Part shown: positions 8,738 through 18,979 of the stretch, piece after piece | Position numbering within the stretch: the first letter of the stretch is position 1 | Layout: each line of letters opens with the position of its first letter | Assembly (NCBI GenBank): GCA_044347345.1 | Contig: JBIKUX010000004.1 | Location: forward strand, 32,001-96,000 | Reading direction: 5' to 3' | From: Bdellovibrionota bacterium | Lineage (GTDB): Bacteria > Bdellovibrionota_C > UBA2361 > JBIKUX01 | Length of the DNA: 64,000 bases | Made by a program: the position numbers and the translations under genes | The notes under the pieces: model-generated | The model's database searches: none | What the model was told of the DNA's origin: nothing | Seen by the model: the letters and a program-made list of their open reading frames with translations, nothing else

Positions 8738-9508
8738 ATGGATAGGGGAAGTTATGCATCAGCAAGCGGAGGATTTAGGCAGCTAAGATCCCTTGATATA
8801 ACTGCGAATAATTTGGCCAATATAAGTACGGCAGGTTATAAGCGCCAAATTTTAGTCAGCAGCACGCAACGTTTTGAAGATACCTTTGCCTCACTTTTAG
8901 AAAGCTCTGACCCTTATGCAAAACTTGACCATGAAAGAACTCCTGGTTCGACAAATCTTCGAACTATGACTGATTTTTCACCTGGTCCAATAACATCCAC
9001 CGGAAATCCATTTGATGTAGCTTTATCAGAACCTAATCAATTTTTTGTCGTCCAAGGTCGTAGTGGTGAACAGTTATATACTCGAGCAGGTAATTTTACC
9101 TTAAATGACCAAGGCATACTTACAACGCAAGATGGCCTTCCTTTAGTTGGAGATGGGGGTCCCATTACAGCTAATGGCTCGGTAGTTACAATATCAGCTA
9201 ATGGGTCTGTTCTTTCTGATGGTCAACCAGCTGGACAACTTCAAATTGTAGCAATGGAAGACAGCAGTAATCTTGAAAGAGTTGATGGTACAAGGTTTAA
9301 AACTGCCAATCCTCAGTCTGGACAACCAATACCTGTTGATAATCCTGAAGTAATTCCCGGCAGTCTCGAAATGTCTAATGTCTCCACCATTGATGGAGTT
9401 ATTGAGCTTGTTTCTGCGCATAGAGGCTTTGAGATGTATACCAAAATTGCACAGAGCATTGATGAGTTAAATCAGACTGCCATTAGTCGGGTAGGATCAC
9501 GACGATAA
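8738..9508 (+). CDS. flgF: Flagellar basal-body rod protein FlgF
   Basis: ANNLAN..T.GYK, TGNPFDVA, YTRAGNF, LEMSNV; precedes flgG. Confidence 0.9.
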   Translation: MDRGSYASASGGFRQLRSLDITANNLANISTAGYKRQILVSSTQRFEDTFASLLESSDPYAKLDHERTPGSTNLRTMTDFSPGPITSTGNPFDVALSEPNQFFVVQGRSGEQLYTRAGNFTLNDQGILTTQDGLPLVGDGGPITANGSVVTISANGSVLSDGQPAGQLQIVAMEDSSNLERVDGTRFKTANPQSGQPIPVDNPEVIPGSLEMSNVSTIDGVIELVSAHRGFEMYTKIAQSIDELNQTAISRVGSRR

Positions 9509-9553
9509 ATGATGTCAGTCAATAAAATAGAAATACCTTAAAGGAAAACGACT

Positions 9554-10342
9554 ATGTTACGATCTCTTTATACCTCTGCTACAGGTATGCGCGCTCAAGA
9601 GCTAAACATCGACGTTATTTCAAACAACTTAGCAAACGTAAATACTACAAGTTACAAGAAAGGAAGAGCGGCCTTTCAAGATCTTATGTACCAGTATGTT
9701 GTTGAGCCAGGTGCGCCAACAACTCAAGCCTCAACAAATCCATCAGGAATTCAAGTAGGACTCGGAGTAAGACCCGTAGCAGTTGAAAAAAGTTTCCAAC
9801 AAGGTGATGCCATCTCTACAAATAATCCTCTTGATATCGCTATAGAAGGAGACGGGTTCTTTCAGATTGCAAGACCTGACGGAACTATATTTTACACTCG
9901 AGCTGGGAACTTCACTCTCGATGCACAAGGTATCATGGTAACAGCTGAGGGTTATCCACTTGATCCAGCTATTACCATTCCGCCTGATTCGTTAGCTGTA
10001 GTAATTGGGGAAGATGGAAGTGTAAACGTTCGGCAACCAGGCGCCGCACAACCTGCTCAAGTAGGACAAATAACAGGTGTAAGATTCCCAAATAAGGCTG
10101 GACTTAGAGCTGTTGGAAGAAATCTTTATCAGGAAACATTAGCTAGTGGGCAACCTGTACAAGGAATATTTGGGGAGCAGGGCTTTGGCACATTATCTCA
10201 AGGATATCTCGAAAGTAGTAACGTAAGTGTTGTAGAGCAAGTGGTCAGTATGATTACCGCTCAAAGAGCTTACGAAGCTAACTCAAAAGGAATTCAAACC
10301 TCTGATGATATGTTAAACCAAGCCATAAATCTTAAACGGTGA
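9554..10342 (+). CDS. flgG: Flagellar distal rod protein FlgG
   Basis: [46 protein letters not shown]. Confidence 0.97.
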   Translation: MLRSLYTSATGMRAQELNIDVISNNLANVNTTSYKKGRAAFQDLMYQYVVEPGAPTTQASTNPSGIQVGLGVRPVAVEKSFQQGDAISTNNPLDIAIEGDGFFQIARPDGTIFYTRAGNFTLDAQGIMVTAEGYPLDPAITIPPDSLAVVIGEDGSVNVRQPGAAQPAQVGQITGVRFPNKAGLRAVGRNLYQETLASGQPVQGIFGEQGFGTLSQGYLESSNVSVVEQVVSMITAQRAYEANSKGIQTSDDMLNQAINLKR

Positions 10343-10345
10343 TAG

Positions 10346-11338
10346 ATGACAATAAATAATCTCATTTTATCAATTCTAATTGCCGCTAGCGTAAATTTAG
10401 TTTTAGGTGGAACTCCAAACTATCTAGTTGCAGAGGATAGTTTTCCGATTAGGCTTGTAGGACGAAGCACAGTTTCTGTTACTGTAGCTACAATAAGTCT
10501 TGGTGATATAGCTGATATACTTGTGTCAAACCCAATCTATGATAAAGACGTACTTCGCATAAAACAGATAGAGTTGGCCAAGAGCCCGCCACCTGGAAAA
10601 AATACAACAATATCTGGATTAGATATTGTTGATATCATGCGACGTGAACAAGTAAATTTATCTATTGTAGGTTATCAAATTCCACAAACAATAACGGTAA
10701 AAAGATCAGGAAGAGAGCTAACTTCAGTTGAGGCTGAAACTGCAATAAACTCATTTCTGACAGATAACGGAAGAGACGCTCTTTTGAAAGGAATAGACCT
10801 TCCACCGAATAGAACAATTTTTTCCGGACCAGTAAATATAAAAGCATTACTTCGTGGTGAGTCTCTTAAAGGCCGAACTACGTTTGCAATATCAGTGCGG
10901 ATGCAGGATAGCCCGGAAGAACTCTTGATACCTGTAATAGCCAGATTTGATGAATTTGGAGACGTTCCCGTAGCTAGTCGAAACATTGGCCGAGGTGAGG
11001 TGGTAAGAATGAGTGATTTTGTAATGGCAAGACTTAATCTTGCCCAATTACCAAGCTCTGTGCTTGATACGCCCCAGCAACTAGTTGGACAGGAAGTAAG
11101 GCAGGCAGTAAAGCAAGGTGAGCCATTTGCAAAAGACTATCTATCTATTCCGGCTGTCATTAAAAAAGGAGATAGAGTAAAGCTAATGTTCAAATCAGCT
11201 TTACTTGAAGCATCAGCTACAGGAGTAGCCTTAGCAGATGGTAGGCTTGAAGACATTATTGATGTACGTAATTCATCATCAATGAAAATTGTTCAAGGAA
11301 AAATTGTAGCGCCAGGTATAGTTAGAGTTGGACCGTGA
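10346..11338 (+). CDS. flgA: P-ring formation chaperone FlgA
   Basis: Signal peptide, SAF-like VASRNIGRGE, GVALADG..VRNSSS.KIV. Confidence 0.9.
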   Translation: MTINNLILSILIAASVNLVLGGTPNYLVAEDSFPIRLVGRSTVSVTVATISLGDIADILVSNPIYDKDVLRIKQIELAKSPPPGKNTTISGLDIVDIMRREQVNLSIVGYQIPQTITVKRSGRELTSVEAETAINSFLTDNGRDALLKGIDLPPNRTIFSGPVNIKALLRGESLKGRTTFAISVRMQDSPEELLIPVIARFDEFGDVPVASRNIGRGEVVRMSDFVMARLNLAQLPSSVLDTPQQLVGQEVRQAVKQGEPFAKDYLSIPAVIKKGDRVKLMFKSALLEASATGVALADGRLEDIIDVRNSSSMKIVQGKIVAPGIVRVGP

Positions 11339-12243
11339 TTAAAGAATCTAGAATCATATCACTATTTTTTGCTATGCACATGGCGAGTGGTTTAAATACA
11401 GGATGTACAGTTCAAACACCTATTTCAACGCGAGATCCGTCATTAGAATTTCTCAGGCGTAATCATATAGCACAAAAGAAAACTGATGACTTTTTTCAAC
11501 AACAGCATCAGCATCCCCAGGATTCTAGCTCACCGAGAGCAAGATATGCTTCATCGGAAGGAGAATTAAATAAAGAGGAGGCTTTTTTCGAACGGTCTAT
11601 TGATAATACTCCAGCGATTGTTCCAGATAGTCCGCCAGGCAAGTATACCGGACCACTTGTAATCGGTGATCCTGGAGTTAATTCTTCGTTGTGGAGAGAG
11701 AGTGCTGGTTCAATGAATGACTTGTTTCATGATTATAGGGCTTGGCAGCCAATGGATTTACTTACCATTGTGATAAACGAAAGAGCTCAGGGAAACAAAC
11801 AGGCTAATACAAGGGTAAATAAGATATCTTCATTTGAAGCTGCCGTTCGCCGCTTCATTGGGGTAGAAGCTTCCATAGCAGGGAGAAATACTCAGCTTTC
11901 ACCGGCATCACTTATAGATGCAGAAACAGGTAGTGAGTTTACAGGACAGGGGCAAACTCTTCGGCAAGATCTTTTAACTGGCACCATTTCTGCAATGGTA
12001 ACAGAGGTTTTACCATCTGGTATTCTTAGAATTGAGGGCGAAAAAATAATAACAGTTAATGGTGAAGAACAAACCATGCGACTTACTGGCTTAGTGAGGC
12101 CAAGAGATGTGAGTTCTAATAATGAGGTACGCTCAAATCAGATTGCAAATGTACGGATAGATTACTTTGGTCGGGGAAGCCTTGGTGATACCCAAGAACC
12201 AGGGTGGATAATTAAAGTGCTTCACTTATTGTGGCCTTTCTAG
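11335..12243 (+). CDS. flgH: Flagellar L-ring protein FlgH
   Basis: LFHDYRA..DLLTIVI.E, GLVRPRDV, C-terminal WPF. Confidence 0.93.
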   Translation: MIKESRIISLFFAMHMASGLNTGCTVQTPISTRDPSLEFLRRNHIAQKKTDDFFQQQHQHPQDSSSPRARYASSEGELNKEEAFFERSIDNTPAIVPDSPPGKYTGPLVIGDPGVNSSLWRESAGSMNDLFHDYRAWQPMDLLTIVINERAQGNKQANTRVNKISSFEAAVRRFIGVEASIAGRNTQLSPASLIDAETGSEFTGQGQTLRQDLLTGTISAMVTEVLPSGILRIEGEKIITVNGEEQTMRLTGLVRPRDVSSNNEVRSNQIANVRIDYFGRGSLGDTQEPGWIIKVLHLLWPF

Positions 12244-12255
12244 GAGTAACGATGT

Positions 12256-13386
12256 ATGAGCTCATACTATATACATAAAGGAGCGCGAGACTTTAGTTGG
12301 GTCATCATTACTATAATTTTGTTATTTTGTTTTGAGTCAATAGCATATGGTGCACGGCTAAAGGATGTAGCACAAGTCGAAGGTGTAAGAGGAAATCAAT
12401 TATACGGTTACGGAATTGTTTTTGGTCTTAACGGCACTGGTGATGGCAAGGGAGTAGATTTTACTCGTAAGGGGCTTTCAAATCTTCTTGAGCGGATGGG
12501 GATTAGAGTTAATTCTGAAGAGGTTAAGGTCAAAAATGTAGCATCTGTTTTAGTTACAGCTACATTACCACCATTTATAAGACCTGGAGCAAAGATTGAT
12601 GTTACTTTATCCTCTCTTGGGGATGCAAAGAGTCTTGTGGGAGGAACCTTACTTTTCACTACACTTAAAGGAGCAGATGGGAATACTTATGCTGTAGCAC
12701 AAGGTCCAATAAGTGTTGGGGGATTTGTAATAAGTGGAGGTGGAGATTCAGCGCAAAAGAATCATCCTACAGTTGGTACAATTTCTGAGGGAGCTACGAT
12801 TGAAAGATCAATTCCCTTTAATCTATTTCAGTCTGGAAGAGTAAGAATAGTGCTACGTCAACCAGATTTTACTACAATGACTAGGGTAGTTTCAGCTATT
12901 AATAAATCTCTTCCAGAGCCTTTGGCTGTAGCTATGGATGCTGGACTTGTTGAAGTACCACTAACTGGAGAGACTTTACGTGACCCAATCAGCACGGTAG
13001 CTCGTCTTGAGCAGGTAGAAGTTACTCAAGATACAGAGGCTAAGGTAATAGTAAACGAGAGATCAGGAACTATTATTATGGGTGAGCATGTTAGACTGAG
13101 TAGAGTCGCACTTGCTCACGGAAACTTGAGTATTTCTATTCGTTCTGAAACTCAAGTGTCACAACCTAATCCGCTTAGTGAACAAGGTAATACTCAGGTT
13201 GTAACGAATACAGATGTAAATGTAAGTGAAGAAGCACCTAGTCTCGGTGTCATTGGTGGAGAAGTGACACTTGGTGAGCTTGTAGATGCTTTAAATTCTC
13301 TTGGAGCTACCCCTCGAGATCTCATCTCAATTTTTACGGCTTTGGAGAGAGCAGGTGCTCTTCATGCACAACTAGAGGTAATGTAG
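12256..13386 (+). CDS. flgI: Flagellar P-ring protein FlgI
   Basis: RLKD..VEGVR.NQL.GYG.V.GLNGTGD, GDAKSL.GG, GALHAQL. Confidence 0.97.
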   Translation: MSSYYIHKGARDFSWVIITIILLFCFESIAYGARLKDVAQVEGVRGNQLYGYGIVFGLNGTGDGKGVDFTRKGLSNLLERMGIRVNSEEVKVKNVASVLVTATLPPFIRPGAKIDVTLSSLGDAKSLVGGTLLFTTLKGADGNTYAVAQGPISVGGFVISGGGDSAQKNHPTVGTISEGATIERSIPFNLFQSGRVRIVLRQPDFTTMTRVVSAINKSLPEPLAVAMDAGLVEVPLTGETLRDPISTVARLEQVEVTQDTEAKVIVNERSGTIIMGEHVRLSRVALAHGNLSISIRSETQVSQPNPLSEQGNTQVVTNTDVNVSEEAPSLGVIGGEVTLGELVDALNSLGATPRDLISIFTALERAGALHAQLEVM

Positions 13387-13389
13387 CGT

Positions 13390-13782
13390 ATGACAGTTGG
13401 TAAATTAGGAATATTAAGTAAATCAGAATATAGCTCTAAAAAAATCTTTGAAAGTAACTCTGAACTTGAGCAATTTAAGGAAGAAAAATCTTCAAAGGAA
13501 ATTGAGAAAGCGGCAAAAGATTTTGAGGGTATTTTACTCAAACAGATGTTTGAGGCTATGTGGCAGAGTGTTCCGAAAGGAGGTATGTTTGGAACAGATC
13601 TTGCAAATGATTTTTATCATGACCTCTATCACGAAGCTCTAGCAACTTCTATAGCTGAAGGTAGGAGTATTGGTATTAGAGAAGTACTTTGTCGGGAGCT
13701 TAAAACAAAGATGGAAACTGATGAGCAGAGCGAGAACAAAAATAACAGCATCGTCAAGCCATCTGATACGTCTCAACATTAG
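13390..13782 (+). CDS. flgJ: Single-domain rod-cap FlgJ (no muramidase domain)
   Basis: AAKDFEGILLKQMFEAM rod-binding motif; after flgI; 130 aa. Confidence 0.85.
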   Translation: MTVGKLGILSKSEYSSKKIFESNSELEQFKEEKSSKEIEKAAKDFEGILLKQMFEAMWQSVPKGGMFGTDLANDFYHDLYHEALATSIAEGRSIGIREVLCRELKTKMETDEQSENKNNSIVKPSDTSQH

Positions 13783-13831
13783 GATTACGAATATTTCGTA
13801 TATACAGTGTTTTTATTTTACTCTAATAGTT

Positions 13832-13847
13832 TGGCCTTTAATTTGCT
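13832..13847 (+). promoter_or_regulatory. Candidate sigma54 promoter before flgM
   Basis: TGGCCTTTAATTTGCT: GG-N10-GC, 52 nt before ATG 13900. Confidence 0.55.
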
Positions 13848-13899
13848 GTTCATAGCTGGTGTGATTGGTTATTGAAAGGTACCAAAAGAAAGGAATCAT

Positions 13900-14256
13900 A
13901 TGAAGGTTCGATCAATGGATGAGCTAATACAGGGAACATCAACGACAACATCTCTTTTATCAACTAAAAAGCAGAAGAAAAATCAATCAAGAGAAGATGT
14001 AGCTCAAAGTGATGGAATAGACAAAGAAATATCGGATAAAACGGTTAATGTATCGCAATCTCGAGAGTTACTAAGTTTACTCACTGATTCAGCAGAATCT
14101 AGCGAGAGAGCAAAAAAAGTTGCTGAGATAGCTAAGTTAGTACAGTCGGGAAAGTATTTCTCTTCACGTAAAATTACCGATATTGCAGCAGCAGTAGACA
14201 GGCGTCTTGATGAATCTGTTTCGACTTTTTCACTTCTTTTAGGAGATGATAAGTAA
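13900..14256 (+). CDS. flgM: Anti-sigma28 factor FlgM-like
   Basis: DKTVNVS..ERAKKVAEIAKLVQSGKY; between flgJ and flgN. Confidence 0.75.
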   Translation: MKVRSMDELIQGTSTTTSLLSTKKQKKNQSREDVAQSDGIDKEISDKTVNVSQSRELLSLLTDSAESSERAKKVAEIAKLVQSGKYFSSRKITDIAAAVDRRLDESVSTFSLLLGDDK

Positions 14257-14813
14257 TGTCATTACCGAAGCCTATCAACTTGCGCATAGGTGCACGTATA
14301 GCCCTTGAATCAGCAATTAGGCAAGAAATTTCCTCGTATATCAAGTATATTGAGTTGGCAAGAGACGAAAGATTAGCAATTGCTACGGGTAAGATAGCGG
14401 AACTCAATTCGATTACTGAAGCTAGAGAAGTAGCCCTAAAAGAAATTGAGAAGTCATTACGAAAACGTCAGGATGCAGAAGAGGCAATCTGGAGTGAATC
14501 AGAGGATTTTTCTGATGATTCCTTTCGATCGTTGCCATTAAGTATGCGTATTGAAAAAAGTTTGAGTCCAGTTGATTCCAATACGCTGATAGGGCTTGTA
14601 GCTGAATTAAAGAAAATTGTAATTGTTGCTCGTAATGAAGCTAAGGAGCAAGAGCAGATAACCTTTTTTGCTCGGCAGTTACTACACGGGATATTAACGC
14701 TCTCCTTTTCGCAAACACGACCACCTTTAAATCACTATGGGCCAACCGGGAAAATAAATTCTACAGAGAAGGCACTTTCTGACCCTCATCATGTGCCTCT
14801 TAGGAGAGTATAG
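14256..14813 (+). CDS. flgN: Flagellar export chaperone FlgN-like
   Basis: Helical protein ending ..HYGPTGK; between flgM and flgK; TAATG coupling. Confidence 0.7.
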   Translation: MSLPKPINLRIGARIALESAIRQEISSYIKYIELARDERLAIATGKIAELNSITEAREVALKEIEKSLRKRQDAEEAIWSESEDFSDDSFRSLPLSMRIEKSLSPVDSNTLIGLVAELKKIVIVARNEAKEQEQITFFARQLLHGILTLSFSQTRPPLNHYGPTGKINSTEKALSDPHHVPLRRV

Positions 14814-14943
14814 TTTTATCTTCAGTGTAGATTGTTCCTTAATTTCAAATTTAGTAAGAGCTTAATTATTTCAAAATAAAATGTTATAGCTAACTATCGG
14901 AGATATAAATCATTTTTACTTAAGGCATTAAATGTGGCAGTTT

Positions 14944-14959
14944 TGGCACACTTTATGCT
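14944..14959 (+). promoter_or_regulatory. Candidate sigma54 promoter before flgK
   Basis: TGGCACACTTTATGCT: TGGCAC and GG-N10-GC. Confidence 0.6.
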
Positions 14960-15014
14960 CACGTAGATAATTTTTAGGAACTAAGGTTCATTATTCTCTA
15001 CGCGGATTAAATTA

Positions 15015-16652
15015 ATGGTATATATCCCAAAAATTCTTGGAAATGCGAGGTCATCTCTTTCTGTTCAGCAAGCCGCTATAGGTGTAATCGGTAATAACAT
15101 CGCTAATGTTAATACTGAGGGATATTCCAGACGTCGTGTAGAGACTGAAGCTATTGGTCCAGGACGATCTGGTCCAGGAGCGCAGGTTGGTTCAGGTGTA
15201 AAATTTTCAGGCGCTCGTCCGATTGTCGATCAGTATGTCCAAAATCAACTCACTACTACTAGGGGGCAAAAAGAGGCCGCTGCTATCGAGGATAGTTATT
15301 TGGCTCGAATTGAGAGGCTTTTTAGTCTCACTGGTGAAAGCCCAACTATAGGTTCAAGTATCACTGAGTTTTTTTCAGCTATAAATGACTTGTCATCTAA
15401 TCCAACAAGCTATGAATTACGTTTTAATCTACTCGAGCGAGCCAGAACTCTAACATCTACTATAAGTAGTACAATGCAGTCGCTTGCTGATATGCAACGC
15501 GAAGCTGACAACAGATTAACAGATGAGATTTCAGTAGTTAACTCTATAACCTCAGAGGTAGCAAAATTAAATGGCTTAATCATGACTCGTGAGCGTTCAA
15601 CTGGTGGAGTAGCTGCTGACGAACGCGATCAACGTGAAGTCCTATTGCAGAAATTAGCTGAGAAGATAAGTTTTACTCGTTCTGAGGTAAATGACGGTTC
15701 AGTACTGATATACTTAGAGGGAGGTCTTCCAATAGTAGTAGGTGTTGAGTCTCGTGAATTAGAGGTGACAGTTACTCCATCTTTTGGAACTCCAGCTCAA
15801 GAGACAGCTATTGGTGGAGGACATTTAAGTTATATAGTTCATGATCTTCAAACTGGCCCCATTCAGTCCCATTTTGATTTGACTCAAACGCTTCAAAATG
15901 GGTCTGGAGCTATCGGAGCACTTTTACGAATTCGTGGTTATGCTACACCCACAGAGAGCGCATTTCAAGCAAATGGTGAGATTGTTGGTGTAGCGCAGAG
16001 AGTAGAAGCGCTAGCTCGTGATTTACTTACCTCATTTAACACTACGTATCTTGGGCCCGATGAAGATGCTATTACAGCCGGACTGCAATACAGTTCGTTA
16101 GATCTTGACGGAGCAAGACCAACACAGCCTTTTGCATTTTTTACTTTTCCGTCTGCTGTAGCAAGGGATGCTGTGGCCGACGGTATTCCAGCAAACGATG
16201 ATCTAAATACTCTAGGATTTGTATCGTATGCTCGACTTATAGATGTAGCCATAACAGATCCGAGAAAAATAGCAGCAGCCAGAGATACAAATCCAGCAAA
16301 TGGAGTTATTGGATTTCAACCAGGTAATTCTGAAAATCTTCGAGCGCTATATGATACACGAAATCAACAACGTAATTTTTCTGCGGGCACTTTCTCTCGA
16401 ATAACAACCTACGACGAAAACTACAATGAGTTACTTTCCTCGGTAGGAAACACTAGATCAGCTTCTCGTGTAAATTTATCGGTAGCAGAGACAAATTTTG
16501 AAATTGCTCAAAATCGTAGGGAGCAATTATCAGGTGTTAGTTTGGATGAGGAGTTTTCGCAGTTAATACTGTACCAAAAAGCTTATGAAGCTTCAGCTCG
16601 AATGATAAAAGTCGCCCAGCAACTAATTGATGAGGTGGTAAATCTTATATGA
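15015..16652 (+). CDS. flgK: Hook-associated protein FlgK
   Basis: GNNIANVNTEGYSRR, SGVSLDEE..YQKAYEASAR. Confidence 0.96.
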   Translation: MVYIPKILGNARSSLSVQQAAIGVIGNNIANVNTEGYSRRRVETEAIGPGRSGPGAQVGSGVKFSGARPIVDQYVQNQLTTTRGQKEAAAIEDSYLARIERLFSLTGESPTIGSSITEFFSAINDLSSNPTSYELRFNLLERARTLTSTISSTMQSLADMQREADNRLTDEISVVNSITSEVAKLNGLIMTRERSTGGVAADERDQREVLLQKLAEKISFTRSEVNDGSVLIYLEGGLPIVVGVESRELEVTVTPSFGTPAQETAIGGGHLSYIVHDLQTGPIQSHFDLTQTLQNGSGAIGALLRIRGYATPTESAFQANGEIVGVAQRVEALARDLLTSFNTTYLGPDEDAITAGLQYSSLDLDGARPTQPFAFFTFPSAVARDAVADGIPANDDLNTLGFVSYARLIDVAITDPRKIAAARDTNPANGVIGFQPGNSENLRALYDTRNQQRNFSAGTFSRITTYDENYNELLSSVGNTRSASRVNLSVAETNFEIAQNRREQLSGVSLDEEFSQLILYQKAYEASARMIKVAQQLIDEVVNLI

Positions 16653-17644
16653 TACGTCGCATAGCAGAAAATCAAGTCGCTAAAAGTCTCCTTTCTCAGG
16701 TTCAAAGAAGTAGAGTTTCTATAGATAAGTATTCGCGAGAGATCTCTACAGGGCTAAAGACAGCTTCACCTGGAGATACTCAGAGACCAGCGACTATTAA
16801 TCAATTTCAGTCAATGTTAACAAGATTTGAAAAATTTGAAACAACATTAAATTCAGTTAAAGGCTCTTTAATGTTTCAAGATGATACACTTAGTGAAGCT
16901 CATGATATTCTTGCTCGTGCGCAGGAATTAGCTACCTCTGGAGCAAATGACACTAATTCTTCAGACGAGAGAAAGCAGATTGCAACTGAGGTGTTAGAAT
17001 TGCGTGAAGCTTTAATGCAGTTAGCAAACTCTACATATCAAGGAAAGTATGTATGGAATGGTACCATAACGAATGTTCCTCCCTTTAGCCCACAAACATA
17101 TATAGTTCCTGCTACAGGCAATTTAAATACTCGTTATTCTTTCGATTCATCGATACTTGGATCCACTTCTGAACAGTCAGTATCTGTGAGTGATCAAGTT
17201 GATGTACGCTTTAATTCACGAGCCGATAAAATTTGGTCAAATGCTATTTCGGCAGTTGAGAGGTTAGCAAGAGCTCTTTCAGGGTATGAAAGTCTTCCAG
17301 CGCCGCCGGCATTACCAGATGGCACAGGTGCCGCTTATACTTTTCCTGCTGATTTTACCCGTCAATCTCAAGATATTAGAGCATCTATAGATTTAATTAA
17401 AAAAGCGAGAGAATCTGATATACAGGTAGAAAGAGTTAGTCTTGGTGGGCGAATGGAGCGACTTGAGGTAGCTACTTCACTTATTAATCTTAGTAAAGGA
17501 TCAGCTAAACAAGTTCTTGCTGAACTTAGTGAGGCAGATATTACTGAATCAGCATCCAAGCTTTCTCTTGCTCAGACAAACCTCGAGGCATCGTTAACTT
17601 TAACCAGTAGGATACTTAACCTATCAGTACTTGATTATCTTTAA
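16649..17644 (+). CDS. flgL: Hook-associated protein FlgL
   Basis: Flagellin-family termini, ANSTYQGKY, LSVLDYL; overlaps flgK stop. Confidence 0.9.
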   Translation: MIRRIAENQVAKSLLSQVQRSRVSIDKYSREISTGLKTASPGDTQRPATINQFQSMLTRFEKFETTLNSVKGSLMFQDDTLSEAHDILARAQELATSGANDTNSSDERKQIATEVLELREALMQLANSTYQGKYVWNGTITNVPPFSPQTYIVPATGNLNTRYSFDSSILGSTSEQSVSVSDQVDVRFNSRADKIWSNAISAVERLARALSGYESLPAPPALPDGTGAAYTFPADFTRQSQDIRASIDLIKKARESDIQVERVSLGGRMERLEVATSLINLSKGSAKQVLAELSEADITESASKLSLAQTNLEASLTLTSRILNLSVLDYL

Positions 17645-18967
17645 TTAGGTTATCTTACTTAGAAGGGAATTTAAAAGTCTGCTCTGATTCTCACTTGAAT
17701 ATCCGGTAGCCGACAAGAATTCGTTAAGGAGAGATTCAGCTTCCATTATGCGAGCAAGTTCAGGGTCTGGTGTGCCACCAAATAAAATAAGCTCGCGGTC
17801 TCTTTCAAGTCTTAAAATAGATCTTAAAATAATAGATCTAATTTTTTTTGAATCACTATCAAGTAGCTTTTGAGTAAGTCGTGAAACACTTTGGAGAAAA
17901 TCAATAGCAGGGTAGATACCTCGAGCGGCGATAGTAGATGATAAAATTATATGTCCATCTAGTAGACTTTTTACTTCCTGCGCAAGAGGATCCTGATCAG
18001 CGTCAGTTTCGGTTAAAAGAGTATAGAGAGCAGTAATTGATCCATTACAATTTGTCCCAGCTCTTTCCAACAGCATTGGTAACTCTCGTAGTACTGAAGG
18101 TGTAAGACCTCCTCTTAGCTCTCGCTCTCCAGCAGATAAGCCTATTTCTCGGATTGCTCTAGCTGTTCGCGTAAGTGAGTCAACCAGCAATAGTACGCGC
18201 TTACCCTGGTCTCTATAATGTTCAGCAATAGCTGTAGCTACAAATGGAGCAAGACGACGAGCCATTGGAGGTTCATCAGAGGTTGATACCACCATTACAG
18301 TTCGAGTAAGTGATTCCTCGCCTATTGTTTCCTCTAGTATAGAGCGCACCTCACGACCACGCTCTCCAACTGTACAGTAAACGATATAGTCAACTTCAGC
18401 ATTGGCACAAATTTCTCCAAGAAGTGTTGATTTACCTACACCTGGACCGGCAAATATACCCAGCCGTTGTCCGTATCCAATAGGTGTCAGAGTATCAATT
18501 GAACTAATGCCAGTAATTAATTGTGTATTTATTGGTAGACGAGTAAGCGGATTGGGAGTAGCAGATAAAATTGGATTTACCGTGATTGTATTTACGCTGT
18601 TTAGAGATAAACCTATACGAGGATTGTTGAGATGCGAACTATTTTTGATTTTATTAGTTTTATTTAAAATATCCCCGGAAGGAGATAATACTAAACCTTG
18701 AGGATTATCAGGGATTTTAATTGTAAAATTAGCATCATGAAAAAATACTGGGGAATTTAGTGAGACTCCATCTAATGAGCCAAATGGAATGAGTGTCGCG
18801 TATTGCTCTGAGAGAGCAACTACTTCACCTAAAAGAGCAGTTTTATCATTTTTAATTAATTTACAGGTCGCTCCAATAGTTAGACCTGGAAAATTGGCGG
18901 TAACTTTGTTTGGTTCAATATTAATAACAGTACCGTGAGGTGGAATTGTGCCAATATAATTAGACAT
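17645..18967 (-). CDS. fliI: Type III export ATPase, FliI/SctN family
   Basis: GQRLGIFAGPGVGKST, GERGREV, LLLVDSLTR, LDGHIILS, YPAID..SVSR. Confidence 0.85.
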   Translation of the reverse strand: MSNYIGTIPPHGTVINIEPNKVTANFPGLTIGATCKLIKNDKTALLGEVVALSEQYATLIPFGSLDGVSLNSPVFFHDANFTIKIPDNPQGLVLSPSGDILNKTNKIKNSSHLNNPRIGLSLNSVNTITVNPILSATPNPLTRLPINTQLITGISSIDTLTPIGYGQRLGIFAGPGVGKSTLLGEICANAEVDYIVYCTVGERGREVRSILEETIGEESLTRTVMVVSTSDEPPMARRLAPFVATAIAEHYRDQGKRVLLLVDSLTRTARAIREIGLSAGERELRGGLTPSVLRELPMLLERAGTNCNGSITALYTLLTETDADQDPLAQEVKSLLDGHIILSSTIAARGIYPAIDFLQSVSRLTQKLLDSDSKKIRSIILRSILRLERDRELILFGGTPDPELARIMEAESLLNEFLSATGYSSENQSRLLNSLLSKIT

Positions 18968-18979
18968 GCAGATGCCATC

